Shown in pieces: positions 1 through 13,260 of a stretch of DNA of 64,000 nt (within the stretch, counting starts at the first letter, position 1; each line of letters opens with the position of its first letter). The DNA comes from Phoronis australis. Taxonomy: Eukaryota > Animalia > Phoronida. Where the stretch lies: contig NMRA01000113.1 in NCBI GenBank assembly GCA_002633005.1, positions 750,556 to 814,555 on the forward strand, in the 5' to 3' direction. Under the pieces are notes generated by a model, which searched no databases, was not told the DNA's origin, and saw only the letters and a program-made list of their open reading frames with translations. Position numbers and translations under genes: made by a program.

Positions 1-478
1 AAGAAACACTGGCCTCACAGTAGTATATGTATTTTACTGTTTAAGAAACACTGGCCTCACAGTAGTATATGTATTTTACTGTTTAAGAAACACTGGCCTC
101 ACAGTAGTATATGTATTTTACTGTTTAAGAAACACTGGCCTCACAGTAGTATATGTATTTTACTGTTTAAGAAACACTGGCCTCACAGTAGTATATGTAT
201 TTTACTGTTTAAGAAACACTGGCCTCACAGTAGTATATGTATTTTACTGTTTAAGAAACACTGGCCTCACAGTAGTATATGTATTTTACTGTTTAAGAAA
301 CACTGGCCTCACAGTAGTATATGTATTTTACTGTTTAAGAAACACTGGCCTCACAGTAGTATATGTATTTTACTGTCTTAAGAAACACTGGCCTCACAGT
401 AGTATATGTATTTTACTGTTTAAGAAACACTGGCCTCACAGTAGTATATGTATTTTTACTGTCTTAAGAAACACTGGA
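1..478. repeat. 42-bp minisatellite, ~11 copies, truncated by window start
   Basis: Unit aagaaacactggcctcacagtagtatatgtattttactgttt repeated head to tail with almost no variation and no spacers. Confidence 0.97.
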
Positions 479-2048
479 ATCACAGTTAAGACATTGTAGC
501 AGACTTTTCTGTGGACGAACATGGGTTGTACATTCAGAATATCAATTCAGTGTTCAAAGGTCAAATCTAAATACTAGTCATGCACTTTATTGTTTAGGAA
601 ACACTGGCCCCACTAATACGTGTAAGGCGTATGTTGACTTCTGGACATACCCGACTGCTGCTATGTCCCCTTGAGACAGTTTTTCCTATAAAGTCCCTTG
701 GTTGAACCTCATGAAATTGGACAGGTGTTTCTGTAAAGAAGAAGGACAGCACCTGTCCATTTTCATGCAGCTTTTGGTTGTTGTGCACTCCCTAGTGATA
801 ATTTTAGTATTTGGTTGATCTTTTGACATCAGCCTTTCTATCTGCCAATTGCTTTAAAAATCGTTATGAAAATTGTGTTTCTATTTATGGAAACCTGACT
901 GATGTTGATTGTGGACTGTTCTGATTACTGCTACACCCCTGGTGGCAATTTATTGTTTTGTGTTTTCTTCAGTGTTTTATGATGATTTTTTGTGGAATTT
1001 TGCCTGTAAGATTTTGCGGTATTCATAATTTACCAGGATTGCATTTGCAGATCTTAGTTTGACAAGCACTGTAACCTGTAAACTCAGTTGTGAGCTCTAC
1101 AGTTGCCTTGCTCACTCTAGTGCGTGGAAATGTTTGGAAGTGTGAGCTCTCCTTATATCTTTGTCATTTAGGATGCATTTACGATGCAGTGGGTGGGTTC
1201 CTGTTAGCCAGTCAGCTAGCAGTATGAAAACTATTCTCATAATACATATAGTAACCACTGTGTATTGAGCTCCAATAGACCTTGAAATTTCACACTGCCC
1301 AGGTAGTTCTACTCGTCACCTTACTTATACGTAGAGGTAACGACCGGTGGGGGTGCATGCAAAATCTTGGAGTCAACCAACACTTATCTTGGCCGTTGCA
1401 GCCGTTAAAGTGAAAAACTTGACTAATGAATGTTGTTTTCTTGTGTAAGTCTCTACCTTTTGTAACGAAGAAAAGTCTATTGTCATTTTGAACAATGTAC
1501 GCTCGTGACACCCGCACGCACTATTTTCTAATTTTTTCCGACATCTCTCGGGAGATGATGGCCAATTAGCAGTAGCAAAATTTGTTTGTAAATTTGGTTT
1601 GCTGGCATTAAAATACTAAAAATTTATAATGAAAGGAAAATGAGTTCCAATAATTTGTTATGAGGTGAATGCAACCTCGTGGAATAAGAACAGTTGATTG
1701 AAGAATTGTCAAAAAAGAAAGTGGCCAGTAGATGATGCTACATTTCATGGTGCCGAAAGCTCAGTGATGCATAAGATCGCTCCATAACTTTAGCAGCAGA
1801 ATAACGGTAGATAGCCTATTTTTCAAACACTGGTAAGTAATTTACTTCTTTCAGGCTGAAGTGTAGATTTTAATGACTCTAATTTTGTGTCAGATTTTAT
1901 GTGGCCATTTTTTACCCACATTGGAACAAAGCTGAACATTTGATATACAGCTTTGCATCAAGGCTAGGCATCAGCACTGCATTGCTTTTGTTAGTAGTTG
2001 AATTATTAAAACAAATTGCACCACATGAACCACACATTGTTTTTTCAG

Positions 2049-2215
2049 TGGTGCCCAGTTGATCAACCGCATCATGGTACGTCAGGTGGCTGCGAAGAAG
2101 CTGGCGGAGGAGGAAGAATTGTCCAAGATTAAAAAGAAGATGGAGAAGATTAAGTTAAGACAGGCACGTTTACACCAACAAGCTGTTGTGGAGGATGAAT
2201 CAGATCACTACAAGA
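2049..2215 (+). CDS. Piezo: Piezo exon: beam (GAQLINRIMVRQVAAKKLAEEEELSKIKKKMEKIKLRQ...DHYK)
   Basis: tttttcag acceptor, gtgagt donor; resembles the PIEZO1 beam; joins the next exon in phase 1. Confidence 0.9.
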
Positions 2216-3699
2216 GTGAGTAAAACCTGCAGTGGAGAATGATTGGTCAGTTGGATTGTGTTGGCGTGATTAGAAATCAGGTGCTCTGAATTTGATATGT
2301 GAACCTATGTCCCCAGGACTGAGTGGTGTTGAATAATGAGGTCTTTTGACCAGTGTGCAATTTTGTACTCTTAAAAATGCACAGTGAGGCTGTGGTGTGC
2401 TAAGCACATTTTTGTTTTCAAAAGAGTCCATCCAGTTTGAAACGTTGCTAGAAAGCCATATTAAGGTGAACCGAGACTGCATAAGGCAGTTTTATGCCTA
2501 ATTGCTCAAGATGTGTACAGATCACGAAGCCAGACTCATTACACGAACATTTCCGTACCTTGTATACTGGATCTTTGTCTGTTAATAATATTGTTTTACA
2601 TAATTTCTGGTTTATTTACAAGAAATGTCATGTTTATCGGACTTCCAGAATTTAACAGTTTTAGTTAGGTAATACTAGCGCAGCGTTTTTCTTATCCGCA
2701 TCGCAAGTTTTTATGGCTAATAATCTTGCTCAATACTTTTGACAGTTTTGTGCACCCAGCAAGTTGTGGTTTATAATAGTTGTGACTCGCTACTTTACTG
2801 AATTTTGTCTTATCTTAACACACAACTGTTTTGTTACTACTTGACTCATATTGTTCCTTATCTTATACATTTCCCATAATGCATCTTTTTGCCGTGACAT
2901 GGTAAAGAATATTACACGGATACTTGTCAACATTAGCGAGTTATGGGAGTTTGATTCAAATTCAGTCTTCTGTGATTTTTCATAAAGAAGAATCAAAAAC
3001 GTTTATTATGAACTGCCCTGCCACTATGTTTTGGTAATCATGTACATGGATATGTTTTGGTTATCATGTACATGGAGACTGATTTTTTGAGTAGATCTAC
3101 AAGATTTATCAAGGCAAGAAGGTAACATCACTATGTCCTCTGAAGTTAGTGGCCAGAATGATTGATGAAAATATGCATTATGAACACTCCTGTTAATTAA
3201 ACACCATGCCTGCTTGAGGGAATGCTTACCTAGTATTAAAATCAAGTCTTGCCAATAATGGATACCTTAATGGTAAATGATTGTCAAACCGGAAAGTCCT
3301 CGGTTCCATTCTCGGTCTGGATACAAATGAGTTGAGACTATAGATCCCGATGATATGACCAGAAGGTGGCATGTTAGTGTCTAGTGTTCACTGTTATATA
3401 GGAGTTGAGTGTTTTGTGCTGGCTGCATTGCATGTAGTCACTGTGTGGTTTGATTATAATTCCACTTTGACCCTCTTGTTAGGCTTCTTGTGTGACCCTC
3501 GTGTTAGGCTTGTTGCAGTGCTTCTTTTAATAACCTATTCACCTTGTGAATATGTTTTTTACATTGCTTGCATGTTAGAACTTTTGGCAGCCAACATGTT
3601 TTATTATGTAGGTGTTATTCTAAGTCTAACAGTCAAATGACGTGAATGTTTCTGGCTGTTTTATACATTCCTGACCTGACTGTCTATACTAACTGAAGA

Positions 3700-3930
3700 T
3701 AAAGGAAACCAGGAGACTGGTTATTTAAGACATTCATGACTTGCCTATCCTACGGATAGCTAAAGAGAACAAGGAGACAGCTTGTTTGACATGTTCACAC
3801 CTTTACATGCTACCTATGAGACAAGGAAGCTGGTTGTTTAATATGTTCATACCTGTTCCATGCTATCTATAGGTAAAGAAGACAAATAGACAGGTTGTTT
3901 GAGATGTTTATGACCTGTCCATTTTTTCAA
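3700..3930. repeat. Degenerate intronic tandem repeat, about 50-60 bp period
   Basis: Recurring motif resembling acaaggagac..gttgtttga.atgttcat.cct; boundaries approximate. Confidence 0.55.
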
Positions 3931-4327
3931 TTTCAAATGATATTATGGAGACTAGTTTGACAGGTAGCTGGGTTGGTTGTCTGTGGGCCTGCTGAAAGTA
4001 TTGCTACGTGATTAAGGGACTACAGACAGCAAACAATTAATTAATTGACCTTGTGTACCTGTCCATGTATTTTAAAAGATCTGTCTCCTCACCCTAAGCT
4101 TTTAAAAAACTTTTCTCAAACAGTGTTTGCCTGTTGACAAAATGTCATTTCTCTGTTGATCTCAGAAGTGACATGTGGAATAAAGTGATTTTACATTTTG
4201 GTCCAGCTGTCTACGCCCATGTATCTTGGTGATATTTTAGATGTCTAGAGCAAGCAGTTGTTTGAAGTACAGTACGCCCTGACAGAAGGAATAGATATTA
4301 ATCTGCTCTGTGTCTGCTCTTATTTAG

Positions 4328-4455
4328 TCATCCGGTCAGGAGGTGCCTACATGTTTGAAGATGACTCTGATGAAGAGGAGAGTGTGTCAGTGTTTGAACG
4401 AATGGACCGTCATGTCGAATCTCCCGACTCTGATAAACCTATGGGACCAATACAG
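4328..4455 (+). CDS. Piezo: Piezo exon: latch (IRSGGAYMFEDDSDEEE...PIQ)
   Basis: atttag acceptor, gtgagg donor; aligns with PIEZO1 IHSGDYFLFESDSEEEE. Confidence 0.92.
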
Positions 4456-5311
4456 GTGAGGCTAGCGTGCTCTAGCTGTCATTTTTAGTCACACGAAAAT
4501 CACCTAATCGTGAAACCACTTGTATCAAAATAGTCAGTTACTCATTTTGTCAATCTCCAGTGAACATTTTGTTATTGTCAAAATAAATGAACATGTTATT
4601 CAGATTTTTCTGAAGAAGAAATGCTTCTGGTAGTATAGTTGGAGTATTTTTGACACATTTTTCTGAGAAACAAATTTCAAATGTGCTTATGGCGACCTTA
4701 CCAAAACATTTTTGGCATGTCGTATTCGAAAGAAACCCACGTTAAAATGCATGAATGCTGGTAAAGGGCAAGTGTTAACCTCTGGGCAACAATGAGGGTG
4801 ACATACAGCTTACTCTAAATGTAAAAAGCCGATTATAAATGTAGGCAGGTGACCTTATGCCTTTTACGATGCCCCAGTCATGCTTAAGTCACAAGGCTAG
4901 GACCATTGCACTCATCACTTGGTCGTGACTCTGGGGGGCCCGTCAACATGAGGTTCCTCGTGTGTCAAATCTTCAAATCTGCTTGTTATCTAAGGAATTT
5001 GGTAGTTACAGTACTGAACAGTGTGTGAAAAGATTGAGGTTTGTCCGTTTCACAACACTGCGTCATTTTACTTACGGATTTTTTTGCTATAAAAACAATA
5101 GTGACATGCCCAGCTGAAAATGATATGTACATTGTCTTTTTGATTCACTAGCAATACAGCCTAAGCTGTTTGTTATTGGATAGTTGATGTATGGACAAGT
5201 GTTAACTATGTCAGGGTGTCAGTAGATGCTGTTGTTTACTGTGGACAGTTGTTGGTGATTTCATCTCCTGTGACCATGTAGTTTTACGCTCTCTTGCGCT
5301 GTTCTCTGTAG

Positions 5312-5450
5312 TTACTGAACGCTGTGATGGAAGGAGGTACTAAGAAGGCTCTCCTTGAACACCAGGCCAGGTCAGGTACCTCGGTGCCCTCTACACAGGG
5401 CACAACTTCACCCACCAGTCCATTCACTCCAACCACTCCCAAGGTGGAGG
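5312..5450 (+). CDS. Piezo: Piezo exon (LLNAVMEGGTKKALLEHQ...PKVE)
   Basis: ctctgtag acceptor, gtacgt donor; open frame, phase 0 to 1. Confidence 0.8.
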
Positions 5451-5862
5451 GTACGTATTTAACACTTCCTGTAGTCTAATACGCCGACCCATTAATTTTT
5501 AGTGATTTGTTTTTTAATTATGAATAAATTATCAGACAGAGTGGTATACACAACACTGCCTTGTTGTACATCAGCTCCCCTTGTCAATCTTTGAATACTC
5601 TGTGTAATCAAGTGTGTTACTGGAGACAGCACAGGTATCTGATATTGTGCTATAGTCTTGATTCCATAGAGGGCGCTGTCCTAGCAGAATTCTGGCATTA
5701 GCCAGCTTGTGCTGGTGTATTTAACAAGTTTGCAAGTTTTAAGAAGGAAGGCAATAAATTTCTAAAGTACTGAAGCAATAGAGAATCCATTCTGTCAAAA
5801 TGATGTATGTTCCGTCAACAATAGACAATTGCTGGTTACTGATACACTTGTCATGTGTCCAG

Positions 5863-6009
5863 GTGATTCTGATGTGGCAGGTGTGTCACCAGCTGATGGT
5901 CAACTCGTGTTTGATGACAGCACTCGTGTTGGGGAGAGGGACTTAGAGGAAGTGGAGATTAAAGACACAGATGGTGTTGAGGAATCACAGGAAGTGGAAA
6001 TACAGAAAG
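5863..6009 (+). CDS. Piezo: Piezo exon: acidic linker (DSDVAGVSPADG...EVEIQK)
   Basis: gtccag acceptor, gtgaag donor; phase 1-1, open. Confidence 0.75.
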
Positions 6010-6164
6010 GTGAAGATGTTCACTTTATAGCAGATGTGATGAGAAGTTGTCATGTATTTTTTTACCATAATTCTGTTGAACTCCATTTTAGTATTCAGCA
6101 GTAGTGATTTAAGTAACCTTTTGACCAGGTTTTGAAATGTAGGAATTCAATTACTGTTTTCCAG

Positions 6165-6328
6165 CTGGATGCTGTGAGCGGATTACAGATTTTTTCCGCC
6201 TTGTCTGGGCCATAATTTGTAGTTTAGTTGACTCTGGAATACGACTGATGAACAAGATCTCACAAGACTACCGCCTTGTTGCTAAGATACTGGACAAAGA
6301 TAAAGCAAATGTAAAACAAGGTTTGATT
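6165..6328 (+). CDS. Piezo: Piezo exon: clasp (ERITDFFRLVWAIICSLVDSGIRLMNKISQDYRLVAKILDKDK)
   Basis: ttttccag acceptor, gtaagt donor; resembles PIEZO1 QFLWMLGQALVDELTRWL. Confidence 0.88.
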
Positions 6329-6519
6329 GTAAGTATTCAAATGTTAAATTTACAGTTTGTGTCGAAAGTCATGAAGTAATTTTTTGATAAAGATCTTTGA
6401 AATTATTTGGTCATTCGACTTTTGAATCGTGCTGTGATGTGAAGTAATGAGTTGAGTTGGTGGAGTTCAAGAGGGTACTATATCAAGTCACACGTTTCTT
6501 CATTTTGTTACGCTTTCAG

Positions 6520-6584
6520 ATGCAGACGGCTGCTCCAGGTGCTAATGATGTTGACAGGCAAGAGTTGGCAGATAGTGCTCCCAG
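6520..6584 (+). CDS. Piezo: Piezo small linker exon (MQTAAPGANDVDRQELADSAP); exon end could also be 6587 or 6590
   Basis: ctttcag acceptor; phase 0 to 2 is needed to bridge the flanking exons. Confidence 0.65.
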
Positions 6585-6915
6585 GTGGTGGTAAACTTAA
6601 CTAAATCTTCATTGTGTTTTTGATCGTGGCAGCTGAATATTAATGTATAAGATCAACACTTTACTCTGCCATTTTGTCATTTCAAATTGTGAACCACCAT
6701 ATTGAGTAGATGCTGGGGCAGTGCTTGTTTTATATCTAGAACCTGGCACTTTCTTTTTTTCTCCTGTACGTTTAATGCAGACCTAACCAAAGTTAAAATT
6801 ACTACCTAGTTTTCAGTTGGTGTCGTTTAATTTGTTTTTAGGAGACAATATTGCTGTCTTAACTTTTATTCTATTCATTTTGTCATCAAGTATGGTATAT
6901 GTGTCTCCTCTAAAG

Positions 6916-7020
6916 GACTGAAATGACTGATGTATCCATCAACATTAATGAGAGTGGAAATGATGACTCTGACGATCAAGTAGACAGGCCGTCACTCTTA
7001 CCTCTTCCCAGAATATCCAG
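6916..7020 (+). CDS. Piezo: Piezo linker exon (TEMTDVSININESGNDDSDDQVDRPSLLPLPRIS)
   Basis: ctctaaag acceptor, gtacat donor; phase 2-2, open. Confidence 0.7.
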
Positions 7021-8019
7021 GTACATGTTTTTCCTTAGGCTATATCTGTTAGTTTGAAGAAGTGCAGCGGTACTATGATTTGAGACTGGTATTAATTTTT
7101 TCTTGCGTTCAAGTATGAGTAAATGTACGGGTAGTTGTTTTCATTCGCAGTCCATTCTGTCAGCAGAAAGTCAATTTTGGCTCATTTTTGCGCACCCATA
7201 TATGCAGTGCACGCCAAAAGTATTCAGACAAAGTAATTTGTGGTTCCCCAAGCTGAATTCATCACTGAGTTGTCAGACGAGTCATTTTTGTTGTTAACAT
7301 AATTTTCTGTCATTACGGGGAAACGGTATTTTGTCTGCTTTTGTCTTGTATCATAGATATGTGTGCGTATGTGTGGATGTTTACTGTAACCATCCTGTCT
7401 GGGTGTGCGCTCGATATTTTTAAAACCACTGATCAGAATGCAAGTATGTAGGGCACCATTAGCTTGATGCATGGCACTTTTCAATCTTCCCAGCCCTCAG
7501 GCCCAGGAGGCCAGGTGTTTTCACTGGTTTGGGGGATTACCCATTACTGTATGATATGTATAGAACTGCTGGACTTATTTCAACGACACAAGGTATTTGA
7601 TGACAATCCACTTGCACTAGCTGACTTTGTAGCAGATTTGGCCATTTCAGACTTGAAAAAGGACCTCTCTCTTTTGAGAGAAGAGAGTTTCATGATGGTG
7701 TGTAGACAACGGATTGATGGATTTCAATGAAACTTGACACATTTATATGTGAAGGCAAGTGTGCTGGACCCGTTAATTTTCGTTTGGATTCGACATCCAC
7801 AGCATTCCCTGGTGGCCATTTTGTCTGGTTGTTCTGTTGTCCAGTTGTCTGTTTGATGGCTTGAAAACCCCAGGCCATATTTTTGATGAAATTTTGCATA
7901 AGTGTGCAGGTGCCTGCCATAATTTGGCACAATGTGCTGGTGCCTGTCATGACTAGTCCTACATGAGACTTAAATCATCTAGTTCTGGTAGTCTAGCTTA
8001 GTTTCATGTGGTATTTGAG

Positions 8020-9032
8020 ATGCATTTGTATGCCTCCTAACTATGCTAATGTATTGTAGGAACTAAACGACAATGCTATTTGAACATCACCTACAATATT
8101 AAATAAAGTGCAGTTGTATACGTTGACAACTTTTAGATGTGAAAACGAAAAATTCTGCAAATAGGTGACCTTTGCAATAATGGCTACCTTGCGGGCTTAT
8201 ATAGCCCACATCTTGCAATGTTATTCCCCAGCACTACGTGTCGATACAGCTCTCGACGCTGAGCTGAACGCCAAGTCGCATTTGGTGACCTGGGAAAATT
8301 TTCAGGTCACCAAATGAGATCTGAGGTCGCCAAAAAAATGAAAATCTTTGGCGTCTCCAAGAAATTCTGAGGTTTCCTGTTTGACATGAACTTTCGTTGA
8401 CCAAGAAAAAAATATTTTAAAAAATAAAAAAACGTACAGCTCTAACAGCACGCATTCTCCTTGCACTTCTCTAATTTCCCTGTAAATATACATACACTCA
8501 TTCCTAACTCAGTTATTCCTGCAGCCCACGAACGTCGGATGAGCATGTGACGCAAATGATCGCATGTGCCGAGGGCGTGAATTATGCCGATCTCGCTTGA
8601 TTTTAGCCGAACAATTCTGTCTGTTTACTTCATGTTGTTATTTAAATATGGTGGTAAATGCATCCACTGAATTCACCAAATAAACGGAACAGTTTTGAAA
8701 CAAAGGTAATAAATCTACGAAAAGTGTTAGTAATTTAAAGTTTGGAAGTCAACATGAACCTTGGAACGAATTTAGAGGGAATTATTATTTGACTTTGATA
8801 CTCGTAGTGGTGACACACAATCTGAGCTGACATTGATGACCTGGAGGTTGCTTAATCAAACACTGCAATACTGCACGTGGCTCAGTGATTTGTGGTGGAT
8901 CATTTTCGCCACAAAACTCGTTCTTAAAAACTTTTGGCAATTTTCAACCTACTTTATATTCACATCTATAAGTAGTGTTTCTAACTTGGCCAAGCAATCA
9001 CAGAGATAAGGAATTAGCTTGCAAATTCCACT
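8020..9032. mobile_element. Non-autonomous TTAA-type (Kolobok-like) DNA element with extra internal sequence
   Basis: Both ends are homologous to 23806-24191 (ctcctaactatgctaat..., ...cagagataagg...attccact); followed by TTAA; contains the hairpin catttggtgacctg...caggtcaccaaatg. Confidence 0.6.
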
Positions 9033-9054
9033 TTAATCTCTTATTTTACTGCAG

Positions 9055-9307
9055 TTTGGAAGCGATCGCTGTCCAGATTGATAAGCCTGACCTAGAGAGG
9101 TCTCGTCTCTACCGGTTCTTCAAGGCTGTCTACTACGCGCTCGTCTCTCATACTGAACTGCTGTGTTACTTTGCTATGATCATTAACCAGATGTTCTACG
9201 CTTGTCTCCTCTCCCTCCCGCTCGCCATCATGGTCTTCTTCTGGGGCATGTTGTCAGTGCCGCGACCTGCTAAGGCATTCTGGGTAGCCGTCATCACATA
9301 TACCGAG
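9055..9307 (+). CDS. Piezo: Piezo exon: last THU repeat TMs (SHTELLCY...WGMLSVPRPAKAFWVAVITYTE)
   Basis: Conserved Piezo motifs; ctgcag acceptor, gtaagt donor. Confidence 0.96.
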
Positions 9308-9435
9308 GTAAGTTTGAATCAGATGTCTAGGTGTCTGTGTTAGATAAGCATAGAACTAATGTTTTGAATGTTGGTGTCAGATTCGTTTTCCATAGTACAA
9401 CTTGTATATTGTATGATCGTTCCCTTTATTTTCAG

Positions 9436-9624
9436 ATCATCGTCGTCATCAAATATTTCTTCCAGTTTGAGTTCTGGCAGGACATCAATCTTTCAGTAAG
9501 TGACGGACCAGCTAACAGTGGGAAAAATGTACTCAAGTTGATAGGACTGGAGATCAACTACAAGTACGCCATGATGGACCTCGTTGTACTTGTCTTAGTT
9601 TTCCTACATAGGTCGCTCCTCAAG
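9436..9624 (+). CDS. Piezo: Piezo exon (IIVVIKYFFQFEFW...FLHRSLLK)
   Basis: KYxFQF and FxHRS motifs; ttcag acceptor, gtaaaa donor. Confidence 0.95.
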
Positions 9625-9946
9625 GTAAAATGACTTTAAAACAATCACTCCAAATGTCTTTTATGACCTGTCTTCATATCATTTTGCATTAGTAGATTTA
9701 GTATCTAGCAGAAAGTACGTAAGCAGTGTGCAACAAAATGTGATTACATTGACTGCACCTGAGTCTCATCTTTTACTTAACTTGGACAAGCTCTAGTTAG
9801 ACGACACAATTTACTGTCCTAAAAGATCATCATGTGCTTTACACAGATTACAATTAACATTGTTAAGAGTAATGATGAATAGTGATATTAATTATCACTT
9901 TGGAAATGCTTGATATTCCACTTAATCAGGCAATGCATTTGGTTAA

Positions 9947-10405
9947 GGTAGGTGTATACACTGATCAAATCTCCAGGTTCCTAACTAAAATGAGTAAAAA
10001 GGGAGTTTTAACTAGTTAGACATGATTCTGAAAGTGACAAAAATCGAAAAAAAATTGTTTTTTTGTAGTTCGTTTTTTTTAAAAATCGTATTTTTTAATT
10101 TTCAACAAATCCAATTTTACCTCGAATTTTTTTTCAAAATGCACAGGGATCATCATCAACTATTTCCTTACGCAATATTCTACTTATCCATACCAAATAT
10201 ATGTACAAAATCATTATGATCTTGATTTTGTGGCATTTTTTGTGTGTGAGTTGGGGCAAGCACGCCACTTTTTGTCATTTGGTCACTTTCCGTCCAATAA
10301 CTAAAAATCTGGTCCAGTTATCAAAAAATCCTGGCACGCGATTTTACTTCAGTCCAAGAGGATTTCAAATTTGCAACTTTCGTTAAAATTGACCCACGTG
10401 TTGTG
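9947..10405. mobile_element. Partial TTAA-inserted element, cut by the N at 10406
   Basis: Starts GGTAGG right after TTAA; the duplicated flank after the N shows the empty TTAA site. Confidence 0.6.
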
Positions 10406-11026
10406 NGTCCTAAAAGATCATCATGTGCTTTACACAGATTATAATTAACATTGTTAAAAGTAATGATGAATAGTGATATTAATTATCACTTTGGAAATGC
10501 TTGATATTCCACTTAATCAGGCAATGCATTTGGTTAAACGTTGTGCGCAAGTTTTCTTTACCAAGTCTGATCTGAAGCACTAAGAAGGGGTCAGTTTTTC
10601 TTAATCACAGATTATAATTATGGTGTTGGCGATGAGTGATTTCTTAGACAAATTTGGGCACACGAAATTTTGGCACCAGTTCAATATATTTATTCCAAAC
10701 GTAGCACAAACTCCCATGAGCATGCGCGTGGGACACGCACACGAATTTTATTACTCCAGTCGAGATAGTTAATTGAAATGCGGTTTGTATTTGATCTGAA
10801 TATCGTCCTTTAGAATGTTAAATGTAGAGTGCTGTTGCTGAATTTGTAACATGCATTGTATCAAGTTTTATTTTTAGCGCTTTTAAACACGTTAAGAATT
10901 CCGCAAAATGATTCACTTGTTTAATTTGTACCTATCGAGCTTGAAATTTTAGAAATCTTGTAGGCACTCTTGCATCTGCAATGCATTTAAGACGGCGTGT
11001 TTTGACAGTTAGTGTTTTATTGTCAG

Positions 11027-11116
11027 AGACATGGATTGTGGAAGGATGCTGATGAAATAGAGAATGACATTACTGTGGCCAGTAAGATGGAGAGCCGACC
11101 ATCTTCACCCATTCTG
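11027..11116 (+). CDS. Piezo: Piezo exon (RHGLWKDADEIEND...SPIL)
   Basis: Conserved GLW motif; tgtcag acceptor, gtgagt donor. Confidence 0.9.
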
Positions 11117-12143
11117 GTGAGTGAGCAGTTAGTTGACACAGGTGACACCAGGTGGGGCTCGATCCCATTATAGTTTGGTTGTGTTGTGTCAGATGTGGTT
11201 GGTGGGACAAGTTGATGTATCTTTCGCCTGATTGGAGATTTATTGTTCATGGATGTTTGAACTACACTTGGTTGAATTCTGTCATGTCTTGTATAGTGAG
11301 TTGTGCAGAATGGTGTTTCTGACTTTGCATAGTTCTTTGAATTGCTCTTGGGTTGAATTTTGGTAAATGTTATCTACTGCAAATTACCCTTAATTACCAG
11401 TGCTATCAAAATGCAGAGTGGACACTTGTCTTAAACTTAAAGTGGCATCATAGAGAACTTGGAGAAGTGTAACATGATTTGCTTAGTCGTGCACACACAA
11501 AAAGTATGTTGCAGTTGGTCGTGCTTTTGGTACACTCAAGTGACTACTAAATGTTGTTTGCTGTCACAGTGGTTGCACTTCAACAAATTATTTGACATGA
11601 CAATCGTTCTGTAAGGGTGTGAAAAGTGAGAGCAGTGTGGTCGATGAAATTCTCAAATTGTGTTACATCTGCTGTAATGTTAACCTTATTTGTTAATATG
11701 CATAGGACTGATACCTTTATCATTTAGTTTATTCAAAGTTGCCAGACCCACATTTGGTTAGGAAGGAAGCTTGAGTTTGAATGAAAACTTTTTCCATTTT
11801 AGACATGGATACCAATCCTGACCTAGGTACAAAAGTACCCAAATGCACGTGTCATTGCATTATCTAAAAATACTCGTGTATCGAATTTTCCAGGACCCCT
11901 GATTAAGTTTTTTCATGATCATTGTTACAGGATGCAAGGTCATGGATTTTAAGGATTTTTTGTACCTGGATCAAAGATTATATTCATTTTCATGTATGAA
12001 ATACAAAATTTCATTTAATTTGAATTTGTCATTTTCTTTGCCAAACTTGAGTCCATCAACTTAAAATTTCATTCTTATTTAAATGTTGGACATTGATCAT
12101 TGGCTGGTTCTGATGGCACTATTGATGTTGTGATTCATAACAG

Positions 12144-12295
12144 GATAGGGACTTTGCTGTTGACTCCACAGACAGTCAATTATCTCTTGGAGCAGATGCT
12201 CAGTCAGAGCAGCAGAAAATGGTTGTAGAGGCAGACGATAGCGTGGGTCAGGATGGCAACAGCAACATGGAAAAACATGCGACTAAGCGGGCCAA
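12144..12295 (+). CDS. Piezo: Piezo intracellular loop exon (DRDFAVDSTDSQ...KHATKRA)
   Basis: aacag acceptor, gtaagt donor; phase 0 to 2 as required. Confidence 0.8.
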
Positions 12296-13095
12296 GTAAG
12301 TGACTAATCAGACGTAGCTAGTTCAAGTTACCTGACTCGTTTCAAATTTGGTGTGCCCCCATTATGATTTCTGTCATCGAGTGACACCTGGTGGCCATTC
12401 ATATATCACTATGGTCACCTGGAGTTCACAATGCATGCACCTGTCTAACTTTAAGTCGTGGTTTTTCACTTGTTTAAATAAATACACAAAACGTACTGAG
12501 AGTAGCGTAGCTGAAGTAATATTTCACGAGATATTATTCTGCATATCAACCGAAACCAAAGTATTTATCCCATACGCTTCGAATTGCTAAATTCCTTTCA
12601 TTTTTTCGGCATATTTTTTAATATCTCACTCAAACTGTTTACATGGCGGATCACATCCTATATGTATGTACTTGGGCATTGGGTTACAAGTTTTCTCTAG
12701 TAAAAGAAACAGTTTTAAACGTAACGACTTATTACTTGAAAAAAGATAACGAACTTGAAAACAATCATGGTAATTGTGCATTGAACTTGTAACATTTCCC
12801 AAAAATAGTTAAATAACAGCAATATTTGATATTGTAGTTACAGAGGAATCAACGCCTTAGCTGCAGGCGATGCAATATTTAGCAATTGATAACTGAGACA
12901 GAAGTGTTACATAATTAACTTTTGTTCCAGATGTTACCTTTGGGACCTGATTGGATGTTGAGTGTTATTTTTATTGCTGCAATTTTATTCCTATAGACTA
13001 TTCTGGGAAAGTTTGATGATCAAACTGGCTAACGACATTGAGTTGACATTGACCTACCTTTTGAACTGTTGAAATAGTGTAGGAGGGAAATGCGG

Positions 13096-13260
13096 AAAGC
13101 AATATCAAATGGCCATATTGCACTTGACTGATTCAACGCGTATGGGATAAAAGCAATATCAAATGGCCATATTGCACTTGACTGATTCAACGCGTATGGG
13201 ATAAAAGCAATATCAAATGGCCATATTGCCCTTGACTAATTCAACGCGTATGGGATAAAA
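13096..13260. repeat. 54-bp tandem repeat, 3 copies
   Basis: aagcaatatcaaatggccatattgc... at 13097, 13151 and 13205. Confidence 0.95.

Noticed and set aside
1-478. CRISPR-like array
   Set aside because: Identical units with no unique spacers in a eukaryotic intron; it is a minisatellite.
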